Assembly (NCBI GenBank): GCA_947475165.1 | Contig: CANJLD010000013.1 | Location: 13,250-77,249 of the forward strand | Direction: 5' to 3' | DNA length: 64,000 nt | Source of the DNA: Bacteroidota bacterium | GTDB taxonomy: Bacteria > Bacteroidota > Bacteroidia > Chitinophagales > LD1 | Shown here: positions 35,801-44,957 of the stretch, in pieces | Layout: every line of letters starts with the position of its first letter | Position numbering within the stretch: position 1 is the stretch's first letter | Notes under the pieces: model-generated | Database searches by the model: none | What the model saw: the letters and a program-made list of their open reading frames with translations, nothing else | Told to the model about the DNA's origin: nothing | Made by a program: the position numbers and the translations under genes

Positions 35801-38800
35801 GCAGCAGTCCGGCTACCACTACAGCGGTTGTTAATCCAATACCTGCAATTATAGCGGGAAGTAATAGCCCTATATGTGCGGGCTCTGCTTTAAATTTAAC
35901 AGCAACCACTTTTGCTGGAGCATCTTATAGCTGGACTGGTCCAAACGGATTTGCATCAAATCAGCAAAACCCTTCTATACCAAACGCAACACCGGCAGCA
36001 TCCGGAACATATTCAGTAAACGCAACTGCTACCGGTTGTAGTAGTTCTTCACCTTCAACAACTGTAGTAACTGTAAATGCTATACCTGCCACACCAACAG
36101 CCGGAAGCAACAGTCCTATCTGCGAAGGAACAACGTTAAACTTAACAGCAAGCACAATAGCGAATGCTACTTATAGCTGGACAGGTCCTGCTGGTTTTAC
36201 TTCTGCTTTGCAAAACCCTTCTATTCCAAATTCTACTTTAGCCAACTCCGGAGTTTATTCAGTTAAGGTTTCTATCAATGGTTGTAATAGTGCTACTGTC
36301 ACAACCAATGTGATTGTTCATCCAATACCGGCATCGCCTACTGCTGCAAGCAATAGCCCTGTATGCGAAACTTTAACTATCAACTTAACAGCTACTACCG
36401 TAGCCGGTGCAACTTACAGTTGGACAGGACCAAACGGTTATACATCTTCTTTACAAAATCCATCTATTAGTAATGCGACACTTAATGATGCTGGAGTATA
36501 TGGTGTTGCTGCTACAATAAGCGGTTGCACAAGCCCTGCCTCTTCTACTACAGTTGTAGTTACTCCGCTACCACCGGCTCCTATTGCAACAAGCAACAGT
36601 CCGGTTTGCGTAGGCGATACTTTGTTATTATTCGCCAGCTTTATTCAGGATGCCACTTACTTATGGACAGACCCGATTGGGTTTACATCTACTGAGCAAA
36701 ATCCGGTAGTGCCAAACGTTACTCTTTTAGCTGCGGCTACTTATACAGTAGTTGCTACGGTAAATGGATGCACAGGACCTGGCTCACAAACAACTGTAGT
36801 TATCGTGCCTCGCCCCGATGCATCGTTTACTTCTACTGCACCGGTTTGTTTCGGAACACCGGTAGATTTCAATAACACCGGAAGCACTGGTAACGGGGTT
36901 ACTTTTTCATGGGATTTTGGTCCGGATGCTACACCAAGTGCATCTACTTTAGAAAACCCAACAGGTATTGTATACGCCACAGCAGGAACAAAAACAGTTA
37001 CTTTCACTATCGATAATGGTGCCTGCGCAACTTCGGTTACTCAAACTATAACTGTAACTGTAACTGGTTTACCATTTGCAGATTTCGCTAACGATGGTCC
37101 GGCATGTGCTGCGCCAGGCGATATTACATTTACCGATGCCAGCACCGGTAATGTAACTTCATGGTTATGGGATTTCGGTCCAAATGCCACACCTGTAACC
37201 TCTACAAGCGGAGGACCTGTAACCGTAACTTTCTTAACTACTGGAACACATTCAGTAATGCTTACTGTAACCGGTGGCGGCTGCTCAAACACTACTACCA
37301 AAACGGTAGATGTAGGCGTAGTAGGAGCGGACTTTACTTCTTCAGTTTCTCAAAATGGTGATGATGGATGTTTAGGTCAGGGAGTTAACTTCTATAATAT
37401 AGGAAGCTCTGGCAGCGGTGCTACACACTTCTGGAATTTTGGAGCAGGTGCCACACCAGCAACTTCTACCGATGAAAATCCTGCCGGCATTATATATGGC
37501 AGTACCGGAGCTAAAATTGTAACCCATACCGTTACAGTTGGTGCCTGCGGCACGAACGCTACTATCCAACACATTATTACTATCAACCCAATTCCGGTCA
37601 CTTCCTTTACTTCTACTGCACCGGTTTGTGCCAATACAGCTATTGACTTTACCAATACCGGAAGCACAGGAGTTAATTATTCCTTCTTCTGGGATTTTGG
37701 TGCCAACGCTTCGCCATCAACTTCAATTGCTGAAAATCCGGCAGGAGTAACTTATAGTGCGTCAGGAACAAAAACTGTTACGCTTTCTATTACTAACGAA
37801 TTCTATTGTGTTGTTCAGGCAACGCAGAGTATTATTATCAATTCAACACCCACAGCTTCGTTCTCTACCAATACACCGCAATGCACTTTGTTACCTGTTG
37901 ATTTTACGAATACAGGAACTGCAACAGGTGTAACATGGGCATGGGATTTCGGAATAGATGCATTACCTGTTTCATCAACAGTTCAAAACCCAACCGGTGT
38001 AACTTATGCTATACCTGGAATTAAAGTAGTTACTTTAACTACTACTGACGGAGCATCGGGTTGCACTGCAACAGCTACTAATTCAATTACTATTAACATG
38101 ACCCCATATGCATCGTTTACTACGAATGCACCGCAGTGTTCTAATGTTGGATTTGACTTTACTAATACCGGAAGCACCGGTGGCAGTTGGGCATATACCT
38201 GGAACTTTGGTTTAGGAGCTAACCCTGCAATATCATCAGCAGAAAATCCTGCCGGTGTATTGTATGGTTCAGCAGGAACTAAAACAGTAACATTTACTGT
38301 TTCAGGACAAGGTTGCACACAAACAAGTACACAGACTATTGTGGTAGATCAGGCACCAACCGCAGGCTTTACTTCTACAGCACCGCAATGTTCGGGTGCA
38401 GGAGTTGACTTTACTATTACAGGAACAAGTTCCGGTGTGAGTTACGCATGGGATTTGGGCGCAGGAGCAACACCTGCTACCAGCACCGACCAAAACCCAA
38501 CGGGAGTAGTTTATTCTACTGCGGGAACTAAAACAGTAACCTTAGTAACTACAAATACCAATACTGGATGCATTGCAACGGCAACGGCAACTATTAATAT
38601 CAACCAAGCACCTACAGCAACATTTACTTCAAACGCCCCTCAGTGTTCTACCGTTCCTATTGACTTTACTAATACAGGAAGCACCGGTGGCAGTTGGTCG
38701 TATGCATGGAGTTTTGGAACGGGTGCAAATCCACCAAGCTCTTCTGCTGAAAACCCAGGCGGTATAGTTTATAGTTCATCAGGAACAAAAACTGTATCGT

Positions 38801-41800
38801 TCACAATTTCAGGAAATGGTTGTACCCAAACAAGCACTCAATCCATTACTATAAATGCAACACCGGTTTCGAGCTTTATTTCCAATGCACCACAATGCAC
38901 CGGCTTGCCGGTTAACTTCGGAAACACCGGAACAACAAGCGGAGTAGCATGGTCGTGGGATTTTGGCTCAGGTGCAACTCCTCCAACTTCAACTGTCCAA
39001 CATCCTCAAGGTGTTGTTTATGCAACTTCCGGATTGAAAGGAGTATCGCTTACGGTTACAGATACTTCTAGCGGATGTTCAGTTACAACTACTAACACTT
39101 TCAATATTTACGAATCGCCAACTGCCACATTTACTTCTAATGCACCGCAGTGTTCTACTGTGCCTATCGACTTTACAAACACAGGCAGTACAGGAAGCAA
39201 CTGGTCTTACGCATGGAACTTAGGCCAGGGAGCTATTCCTGCTTTCTCTTCTGCAGAAAACCCGGGTGGTGTTATTTACAGTTCCTCTGGAACTAAGACA
39301 ATAACGTTTACCATTTCTGATCAACATTGCACAAGCACCAGCACTCAGTCAATTGTTATTAATGCTACACCTACCGCAAGCTTCGTATCTACAACACCGC
39401 AATGCACGGGTCTTCCGGTTGATTTCGGAAATACAGGCACAGGTACGGGAGTAACATGGGCTTGGAATTTTGGTAATGCTGCCACACCAGCTACCTCAAC
39501 CGACCAGCACCCTACCGGAGTTGTTTATTCTGCAGGCGGATTAAAAGGAGTTACTTTAACTACCACCGATACAACAAGCGGATGCTCGGTAACCGTGTTC
39601 AATACCTTTACTATTTATGAATCACCGGTGGCAACATTTACATCTAATGCACCACAATGTTCAACGGTTGGTATTAACTTTACTAATACGGGAAGCACAG
39701 GAAGCAACTGGTCGTATTCATGGAATTTGGGGCAGGATGCAAATCCAATTTTCTCTTCAGCAGAAAACCCTTCAGGTGTCATGTATGCTTCATCTGGAAC
39801 CAAGACAGTAACCTTTACTATTTCAGATCAGCATTGCACGCAAACGGCTACCCAAAGTATTGTCATCAATGCTACACCAACAGCTGTGTTTACTTCCACC
39901 GCGCCACAATGCACTGGCCTTGCAGTTGATTATACTAACACAGGCACTACTAATAATGTAGCATGGACATGGAACTTAGGTGCAGGAGCAACACCGGCAA
40001 CAAGCACAGACCAAAATCCGGCAGGAGTGGTTTATGCAACTTCTGGAACTAAAACAATTACACTTACGGCAACCGATACTACTTCGGGATGTTCGGTAAC
40101 CACTTCAAATACCATAACGATTCATCAAACACCTACGGCTACATTCACTTCGAATGCACCGCAGTGTTCAACGGTGGGTATTAACTTTACCAACACTGGT
40201 AGCACCGGTGGTAACTGGTCTTACTCATGGAACTTAGGTCAGAATGCTATACCGGCAGTATCATCAGCAGAAAATCCAACAGGTGTAATGTACAGCACCG
40301 CGGGAACTAAAACGGTAACATTTACTATTGCCGACCAGCATTGCACACAAACATCTACACAATCAATCACTATACAACCTACACCTACTGTAGGATTTAC
40401 CTCAACAGCACCACAGTGCACAGGCTTACCTATTGATTTCACCAACACAGGAACCAATACCGGTGTAACTTGGGGATGGACTTTTGGCGCAGGCTCAACA
40501 CCGGCTACCAGCACAGATGAAAACCCCACAGGTGTTGTTTATGAAACTGCAGGAACCAAGAATGTTACGCTTACCACAACAGATGTAGGCTCGGGATGCT
40601 CGGTAACCGTTACCACTACCATCAATATTCACCAAACACCTACCGCCAGCTTTACTTCTAATGCTCCGCAGTGTGCGGGCGTGGGAATCGACTTTACCAA
40701 TACCGGCAGCAATGGTGGTAACTGGTCTTATTCATGGAACTTCGGACCGGGTGCTTCACCGGCTACTTCCTCAGGACAAAACCCTACAGGTATCTTTTAT
40801 ACATCTTCGGGAACCAAAACAGTAACCTTTACTGTTTCAGACCAAAACTGTACGCAGACTTCTACTCAAACAATTACTATTAACGAAACACCGGTGGCTA
40901 ACTTTACATCCACCGCACCGCAGTGCACCGGCCTACCGGTTAACTTTGCTAATACAGGTACCGCTACAGGCGTAAGCTGGGCGTGGAGTTTTGGTGGAGG
41001 GGCATCACCGGCAACCGATATAGTTGAAAATCCATCGGGAGTTGTTTATGCAACTGCGGGAATTAAAACAGTAACTTTTACCATTACTAATATCGCTACT
41101 TCTTGTGCGGTTACGGCTACTTCTACTATCAATATTTATCAAACGCCTACTGCTACGTTTACATCCACCGCACCGCAATGTGCTCGTACACCAATTAACT
41201 TTACCAATACCGGAACATCGGGTGGTAACTGGTCTTTTGATTGGGATTTGGGAACAGATGCCACACCATCTACTTCGGTATCTGAAAACCCAAGCGGAGT
41301 CTTATACAATTCGTCAGGAACCAAAACGGTTACGTTCACTATTTCTGATGCTAACTGTACGCAAACATCTACCCAAACCATTAATGTCAATCCGTTACCT
41401 TATGCAGAAGCAGGTGCAGATACTACAATCTGCGCTAACCGCGATGTAGTATTGGGCAGCGACTCAACCACAGCAGGCAATACTTACAACTGGTTCCCAT
41501 CCAACACGCTTAACAATCCGTTTTCACAAAATCCTATTGCAAGCCCTACAGCTTCGGTTACAACTTATAGCGTAACTGTAACAGCAGCAGGAACCGGTTG
41601 CCAAAATTCAGACTTTGTAACTATCACCATGCTTGACCCGCTTAGTGCCGATGCCGGACCGGATGTAGAAATTTGTTTGAACGATAGCGTGCAGATTGGT
41701 GCCGGATTTATTGAAGGGCAGTTCTACAAATGGGCTCCTGCAAATGGGCTTAACGATGTAACAACAAGCAACCCGATTGCAAGTCCAACTCAAACCACTA

Positions 41801-42387
41801 CTTACACATTGGTAGTAACTGATACAGTAGGCTGCGACCCAATAACGGATAACGTAACCATCACCGTTCACGCATTGCCGAGTGCAAATGCAGGAGTGGA
41901 TGATACCATTTCGCAAGGCGCATCAATACAATTAATTGGAACTGGTGGCTTGCAATATTACTGGACACCAACTACAGGATTGAGCAACGCCAACTTGTTT
42001 AACCCGGTGGCAAGTCCTGACAGCACTACCAATTATGTATTAATCGTAACCGATTTATTCGGTTGCCAAAACACAGATACTGTGCTTATTACAGTAATTG
42101 ATTTCGAAGTGCCTTACTGGATTCCTTCAACATTTACACCAGACGGAAACGGACACAACGATGTATTGTATGTGAGGGGAGGAGGCTTCCTAACGTTTGA
42201 GTTTTCTATTTACAACCGGTATGGCGAACTACTATTCCTTACTAAGAACATTGCCGAAGGATGGGATGGTAACAGCAGGCTATCCGGTGACGATACACCA
42301 CCCGATGCCTATGTTTGGAAAGTTACCGGAGTGCTGAATAATGGAACTAAGGTAGATGCGAAAGGTTTAGTTAATCTGGTTAAATAA
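32830..42387 (+). CDS. giant (3185 aa) cell-surface adhesin-like protein with T9SS type-B (gliding-motility CHU_C-type) C-terminal domain
   Basis: Signal peptide, Cys-containing N-terminal domains, 10 Ig-like modules with W-x-GPNGF-x-S-x-x-QNP, 18 PKD modules, and 3 pre-CTD modules. The C-terminus reads PSTFTPDGNGHNDVLYVRGGG...YNRYGELLF...GWDG...YVWKV. Confidence 0.92.
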   Translation: MRNFTKLLTPFFVFVLSVLSGNVFAQVPGNDLICNATVLSVGLSCTQGTNLNSTATGSPAVATCWNPASSNNDVWYSFVATTVNMTVSTDFSGLTLNNTQIAVYSSSTNNCTGTLTLVGCGENGGTNVTNNSITDMSLVPGNTYFIRVDGNGTATGTFCVSIYDTYTPGSTPCEAQIVNANNLTCSNTNGNQANNNTNPAASYPVIGSDYGGCDNETNQVGTWATFTPNSASVTLTNQSGGARDYTLFGGTCDNLSWISCTSVANNATTQFPNLTLGGTYFILTTVQASATTTNVNTNFCLTNTVPCTPPTNNTCATALAVTANVPYSVTNYCATADQPPALCSGTLQNNIWFNWTTPANWTGQAFFQLFQENCSDGANSQGMQCSVYTAGVVCGSTANCVATSNTITDNNVNIVWTPVPGATYLINYDGYSGEVCYMNFQITNTASVVVVSVNSATICAGDSVVLTATSNATGYTWSTGQTGSSITVSPSTTTSYSVSATAGGTGSAISTVTVNPIPASPTAGSNTPVCEGASLNLTATNITNADYSWTGPNGFTSNQQNPSIPNVSPAAAGTYEVTATVLNCANHPATTTVVINPVPAAPTAGSNSPVCTGGTIDLTATSNTLNTDYSWTGPNGFTSNLQNPSIPNSTAANSGTYSVTTSVLGCVSAASSTVVTVSQTPAAPVAGSNSPICEGSNLNLFVGTVAGATYSWTGPNGFTSNLQNPSVPGATASDAGVYEVVAVISGCSSNTGTTTVVVNAIPAAPVVGSNSPVCEGETINLTVSTIQGATYAWTGPNGFTSNLQNPSIPNAQDVASGTYSLVATLAGCSSDPGTTLVLVNKIPAPLASSNSPICAGATLNLTSTTFGNATYTWSGPNGFTSNLQNASIPNADVNASGTYSVTVSSNGCTSTSAGTVTVVVNVTSPPVASNSGPICSGATLNLAATTITGATYSWTGPNGFASTLQNPSIINATTAASGTYSVTANVSGCNSSSPATTTAVVNPIPAIIAGSNSPICAGSALNLTATTFAGASYSWTGPNGFASNQQNPSIPNATPAASGTYSVNATATGCSSSSPSTTVVTVNAIPATPTAGSNSPICEGTTLNLTASTIANATYSWTGPAGFTSALQNPSIPNSTLANSGVYSVKVSINGCNSATVTTNVIVHPIPASPTAASNSPVCETLTINLTATTVAGATYSWTGPNGYTSSLQNPSISNATLNDAGVYGVAATISGCTSPASSTTVVVTPLPPAPIATSNSPVCVGDTLLLFASFIQDATYLWTDPIGFTSTEQNPVVPNVTLLAAATYTVVATVNGCTGPGSQTTVVIVPRPDASFTSTAPVCFGTPVDFNNTGSTGNGVTFSWDFGPDATPSASTLENPTGIVYATAGTKTVTFTIDNGACATSVTQTITVTVTGLPFADFANDGPACAAPGDITFTDASTGNVTSWLWDFGPNATPVTSTSGGPVTVTFLTTGTHSVMLTVTGGGCSNTTTKTVDVGVVGADFTSSVSQNGDDGCLGQGVNFYNIGSSGSGATHFWNFGAGATPATSTDENPAGIIYGSTGAKIVTHTVTVGACGTNATIQHIITINPIPVTSFTSTAPVCANTAIDFTNTGSTGVNYSFFWDFGANASPSTSIAENPAGVTYSASGTKTVTLSITNEFYCVVQATQSIIINSTPTASFSTNTPQCTLLPVDFTNTGTATGVTWAWDFGIDALPVSSTVQNPTGVTYAIPGIKVVTLTTTDGASGCTATATNSITINMTPYASFTTNAPQCSNVGFDFTNTGSTGGSWAYTWNFGLGANPAISSAENPAGVLYGSAGTKTVTFTVSGQGCTQTSTQTIVVDQAPTAGFTSTAPQCSGAGVDFTITGTSSGVSYAWDLGAGATPATSTDQNPTGVVYSTAGTKTVTLVTTNTNTGCIATATATININQAPTATFTSNAPQCSTVPIDFTNTGSTGGSWSYAWSFGTGANPPSSSAENPGGIVYSSSGTKTVSFTISGNGCTQTSTQSITINATPVSSFISNAPQCTGLPVNFGNTGTTSGVAWSWDFGSGATPPTSTVQHPQGVVYATSGLKGVSLTVTDTSSGCSVTTTNTFNIYESPTATFTSNAPQCSTVPIDFTNTGSTGSNWSYAWNLGQGAIPAFSSAENPGGVIYSSSGTKTITFTISDQHCTSTSTQSIVINATPTASFVSTTPQCTGLPVDFGNTGTGTGVTWAWNFGNAATPATSTDQHPTGVVYSAGGLKGVTLTTTDTTSGCSVTVFNTFTIYESPVATFTSNAPQCSTVGINFTNTGSTGSNWSYSWNLGQDANPIFSSAENPSGVMYASSGTKTVTFTISDQHCTQTATQSIVINATPTAVFTSTAPQCTGLAVDYTNTGTTNNVAWTWNLGAGATPATSTDQNPAGVVYATSGTKTITLTATDTTSGCSVTTSNTITIHQTPTATFTSNAPQCSTVGINFTNTGSTGGNWSYSWNLGQNAIPAVSSAENPTGVMYSTAGTKTVTFTIADQHCTQTSTQSITIQPTPTVGFTSTAPQCTGLPIDFTNTGTNTGVTWGWTFGAGSTPATSTDENPTGVVYETAGTKNVTLTTTDVGSGCSVTVTTTINIHQTPTASFTSNAPQCAGVGIDFTNTGSNGGNWSYSWNFGPGASPATSSGQNPTGIFYTSSGTKTVTFTVSDQNCTQTSTQTITINETPVANFTSTAPQCTGLPVNFANTGTATGVSWAWSFGGGASPATDIVENPSGVVYATAGIKTVTFTITNIATSCAVTATSTINIYQTPTATFTSTAPQCARTPINFTNTGTSGGNWSFDWDLGTDATPSTSVSENPSGVLYNSSGTKTVTFTISDANCTQTSTQTINVNPLPYAEAGADTTICANRDVVLGSDSTTAGNTYNWFPSNTLNNPFSQNPIASPTASVTTYSVTVTAAGTGCQNSDFVTITMLDPLSADAGPDVEICLNDSVQIGAGFIEGQFYKWAPANGLNDVTTSNPIASPTQTTTYTLVVTDTVGCDPITDNVTITVHALPSANAGVDDTISQGASIQLIGTGGLQYYWTPTTGLSNANLFNPVASPDSTTNYVLIVTDLFGCQNTDTVLITVIDFEVPYWIPSTFTPDGNGHNDVLYVRGGGFLTFEFSIYNRYGELLFLTKNIAEGWDGNSRLSGDDTPPDAYVWKVTGVLNNGTKVDAKGLVNLVK
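34381..36810 (+). repeat. 10 tandem ~243-bp (81-aa) Ig-like modules
   Basis: Each module contains Cxx(A/T)xLxL, (Y/L)(S/T/A/L)W(T/S)(G/D)P(N/A/I)G(F/Y) and QN(P/A)(S/V), ending in VVxxxP. Confidence 0.85.
36811..41397 (+). repeat. 18 tandem ~255-bp (85-aa) PKD modules; the last 14 alternate between two subtypes
   Basis: Subtype 1 reads FTSTAPQCTGLPVDFTNTGT..GVTWAWxFG...SGCSVT. Subtype 2 reads FTSNAPQCSTVxIxFTNTGSTGGNWSYSWNxG...SDQHCTQTSTQ. Confidence 0.85.
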
Positions 42388-42432
42388 AAAACGAAACAGA
42401 ATCAATTCTAAAAGTTCTATAAACTAAGAAAT

Positions 42433-43455
42433 ATGAAAAACATAAATAAAATCACACTGAGCTTCATCATCGGTTTGCTCTTATCTTTTTCTGTAGGCGC
42501 ACAGGATACCCGCTTCTCGCAACCGCTTAGCAATCAGTTATCGCTAAATCCGGCAATGATGGGATTGACCAACGATTTCAGAATAAACCTGAATTACCGC
42601 AACCAGTGGGCGAGTATCGACAAGGGTTATTCAACCTATGCGGTATCGTTAATGTACCCGTTGTTTTTAAAAACCGGTGGAGCAAAAAATGATAGCACTC
42701 GTAAAGTTGAAGGACGTTCACGATTAGATTTCGGTGTTAATGTAACCGATGACAAATCTGGCGGCTTTAACCGGGTAAATGCTACGCTTTCTATTGGCTA
42801 CGGATTAAAACTGAATGCAGCACACGCTTTACACGTGGCGTTAAATTTTGGCTACTACCGTTGTTCAATTGACCCTACTCATCAAACCTTCGATGAGCAA
42901 TTTCAGAATGGCAGTTATAATGCTTTGAACCCAACTGGCGAAGATCTTTACCCTAGCAAAGGCGCACCGGATGTAGGGCTTGGTTTTATGTGGTACTTTA
43001 CACCGGAGAGCGGAAAAGTGCAGGCGTTTGCCGGGCTTGCCGGTTATCATGTAAACCAACCTAACCTTACTCTCACAAAAGGAAGAGGAACATTGCCTGC
43101 CCATTTTAACTTTCAGGCAGGAGTTAAAATAATTGGTAAAAAAATGGACTTCACTCCGGTGGTTTTGTATAACCTTCAAGGGCCATTTAAGCAGTTCTCC
43201 GGTGGTTTGTTGATGGCCTACAAGTTTGAGCAAAAAGGCAAGTTAGTAGTTGGTACCTGGTTTAAGGAAAGAGATGCCATTGTAGCACAAGTAGGCTACG
43301 AGCACAAATATTTCTTCCTTAATTACAGCTACGATTTTGGTATTTCGAAACTCGCGCGCACTACCAGAGGTTTAATGACACATGAAGTATCACTTGGCTT
43401 TAAACTGATTGATGTAGCCGGTAAAAAAGGAATTAAGCCAGTGAACTTTTTATAG
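42433..43455 (+). CDS. PorP/SprF family T9SS outer-membrane protein
   Basis: Signal peptide, then AQDTRFSQPLSNQLSLNPAMMG, the family N-terminal motif. It lies 45 bp downstream of a type-B CTD cargo gene, which is the canonical pairing. Confidence 0.85.
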   Translation: MKNINKITLSFIIGLLLSFSVGAQDTRFSQPLSNQLSLNPAMMGLTNDFRINLNYRNQWASIDKGYSTYAVSLMYPLFLKTGGAKNDSTRKVEGRSRLDFGVNVTDDKSGGFNRVNATLSIGYGLKLNAAHALHVALNFGYYRCSIDPTHQTFDEQFQNGSYNALNPTGEDLYPSKGAPDVGLGFMWYFTPESGKVQAFAGLAGYHVNQPNLTLTKGRGTLPAHFNFQAGVKIIGKKMDFTPVVLYNLQGPFKQFSGGLLMAYKFEQKGKLVVGTWFKERDAIVAQVGYEHKYFFLNYSYDFGISKLARTTRGLMTHEVSLGFKLIDVAGKKGIKPVNFL

Positions 43456-43474
43456 TCTCATTACCCCTCTAAAT

Positions 43475-43512
43475 AAAAAGCCTCTCGCACAATTTCGGTA
43501 GGCTTTTTATTT
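43475..43512 (+). terminator. rho-independent terminator after the PorP/SprF gene
   Basis: aaaaagcct / aggcttttt stem with a 16-nt loop and a T-run. Confidence 0.7.
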
Positions 43513-43582
43513 TCTGGCTGTTGTTTGGGTGCATCCCTGCCAAATGGAGAAGGACGTCAAGCAAAGCGCGACAGGATGAGGC

Positions 43583-43610
43583 AAAAAAAAAGCCGCGCTA
43601 CCGCGCGGCT
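43583..43610 (-). terminator. rho-independent terminator after the 43628-44836 gene
   Basis: GC stem agccgcgc-tacc-gcgcggct, preceded on the plus strand by an A8 run (a T-run on the minus strand). Confidence 0.85.
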
Positions 43611-43627
43611 CCTATTCCATCATCAAA

Positions 43628-44836
43628 TCAGATTTCCACCGTTACTCTCCAATGCCCCATCACCCCACCCACATTCTGCACATTACTATACTGCCCGTTT
43701 CCAACAAGATTCATAAACTCCTGCACCGTATGCGTCACACTCTGTCCCGCCTGCACATCTACAAACTGCCCACCCGGCAAACCGGCAGGAGAATTAGAAC
43801 TATAAAACCGCATAGTGCTGTTCACCGCCTCAAGAGTTATCACAGAAGTCGGCTCAATTCCATTCCCCTGCAAATTAATATTCGCAATCAGCATCATCAT
43901 CAAATCCCCCTCCACTACCACCAAAGCATGCATCACAATTTTCCGCTTCAACTCCTTCCCCGGTCCTATATGCACATTCGTTTCAGTCACCGGTGAGTAT
44001 CCACCCTTCTCCCATTTAAAATCAAAATCACCACTTGGCAACTGTGCAATACCAAAATTCCCTTTCACATCCGTTTCAGCTTCGCCAATTTTCGTGAGCG
44101 TACCGGTTTCATAAATCGTAAACACAACATTTTTTAATGGCGCAGTATTTTCATCCCGCACCTCACCGCGCACCTTCGCAGTAGTACTGCCCAGGTCAAT
44201 AATAATTCTAGCCTGCTCATAACCCTTGCAGAAATTCACATTCGTAATCTCTAAAGTATTCACCATCACATCCAGTTGCCCTTCCAGTAAATCATCAATC
44301 ACCTCGCGCACCATTCTTGAGCTTTGTTCAACCGCCTGGCTCTTGCTTATTATTGCCTGTCTCGGGTTCTGCGTAGCCGATCGGTACAAATTAATCGCTG
44401 TTTGCAAATCCGTTACATCAGTAGCCACAATACCATAAGGCGCAGCACCTGCAAAATTATCATCCGCAGCATCATGAATAGTTTGGCAAACATCATCCAC
44501 ATCTTCTTTACTAATTTTATCCAGCTTAGGCCTTGTATAATTCACAAGCGCCTTAAGCGTATTATTATTAACCGAATTAGCATAACCCAAAGTTGCGTTG
44601 GCGCATTTCAAGGCATAATCCGTCATTGTTTTGCGCAGCAGATTAGTGTCTAGTGTTACCCCTGTAGTTGTTCCGGTAACAACTTGGTTCAGTCCGTTAA
44701 TCAAAACCATCTTAGCCTTCACATCTGCCAGCTTAATTGCAAAAGCAGTAATTCCGGCTGTAGCGGCCACATTCAGGTCGCAGTAGTGGGTAGTAGTGTC
44801 AATCATGTTCACGCGGTTGGTGTCTTTTCTGTTCAT
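43628..44836 (-). CDS. hypothetical protein: helical N-terminal half, carboxypeptidase-regulatory-like beta-sandwich, unknown C-terminal domain
   Basis: 402 aa with no signal peptide. The segment VRGEVRDENTAPLKNVVFTIYETGT...TDVKGNFGIAQLPSGDFDFKWEKGGY fits the CarboxypepD_reg pattern. It is monocistronic between a terminator and the 21-bp array. Confidence 0.7.
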   Translation of the reverse strand: MNRKDTNRVNMIDTTTHYCDLNVAATAGITAFAIKLADVKAKMVLINGLNQVVTGTTTGVTLDTNLLRKTMTDYALKCANATLGYANSVNNNTLKALVNYTRPKLDKISKEDVDDVCQTIHDAADDNFAGAAPYGIVATDVTDLQTAINLYRSATQNPRQAIISKSQAVEQSSRMVREVIDDLLEGQLDVMVNTLEITNVNFCKGYEQARIIIDLGSTTAKVRGEVRDENTAPLKNVVFTIYETGTLTKIGEAETDVKGNFGIAQLPSGDFDFKWEKGGYSPVTETNVHIGPGKELKRKIVMHALVVVEGDLMMMLIANINLQGNGIEPTSVITLEAVNSTMRFYSSNSPAGLPGGQFVDVQAGQSVTHTVQEFMNLVGNGQYSNVQNVGGVMGHWRVTVEI

Positions 44837-44957
44837 AAAATTTGTTTTTTGTTATGTAATAATCTTAAGATGCCGGCACTTAAAAATTCCACACGTTTTG
44901 GCATAAAAAATTTTCATCCAAAACAAAACCCCTTGAAAATCAGCAAATTATTTTCAG

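Noticed and set aside
32904-41916. Numerous 60-114-aa ORFs on both strands inside the giant adhesin gene
   Set aside because: They are shadow ORFs generated by the T/S/G/A-rich repetitive coding sequence. A single 9.5-kb frame with signal peptide, modular domains and T9SS CTD explains the region.
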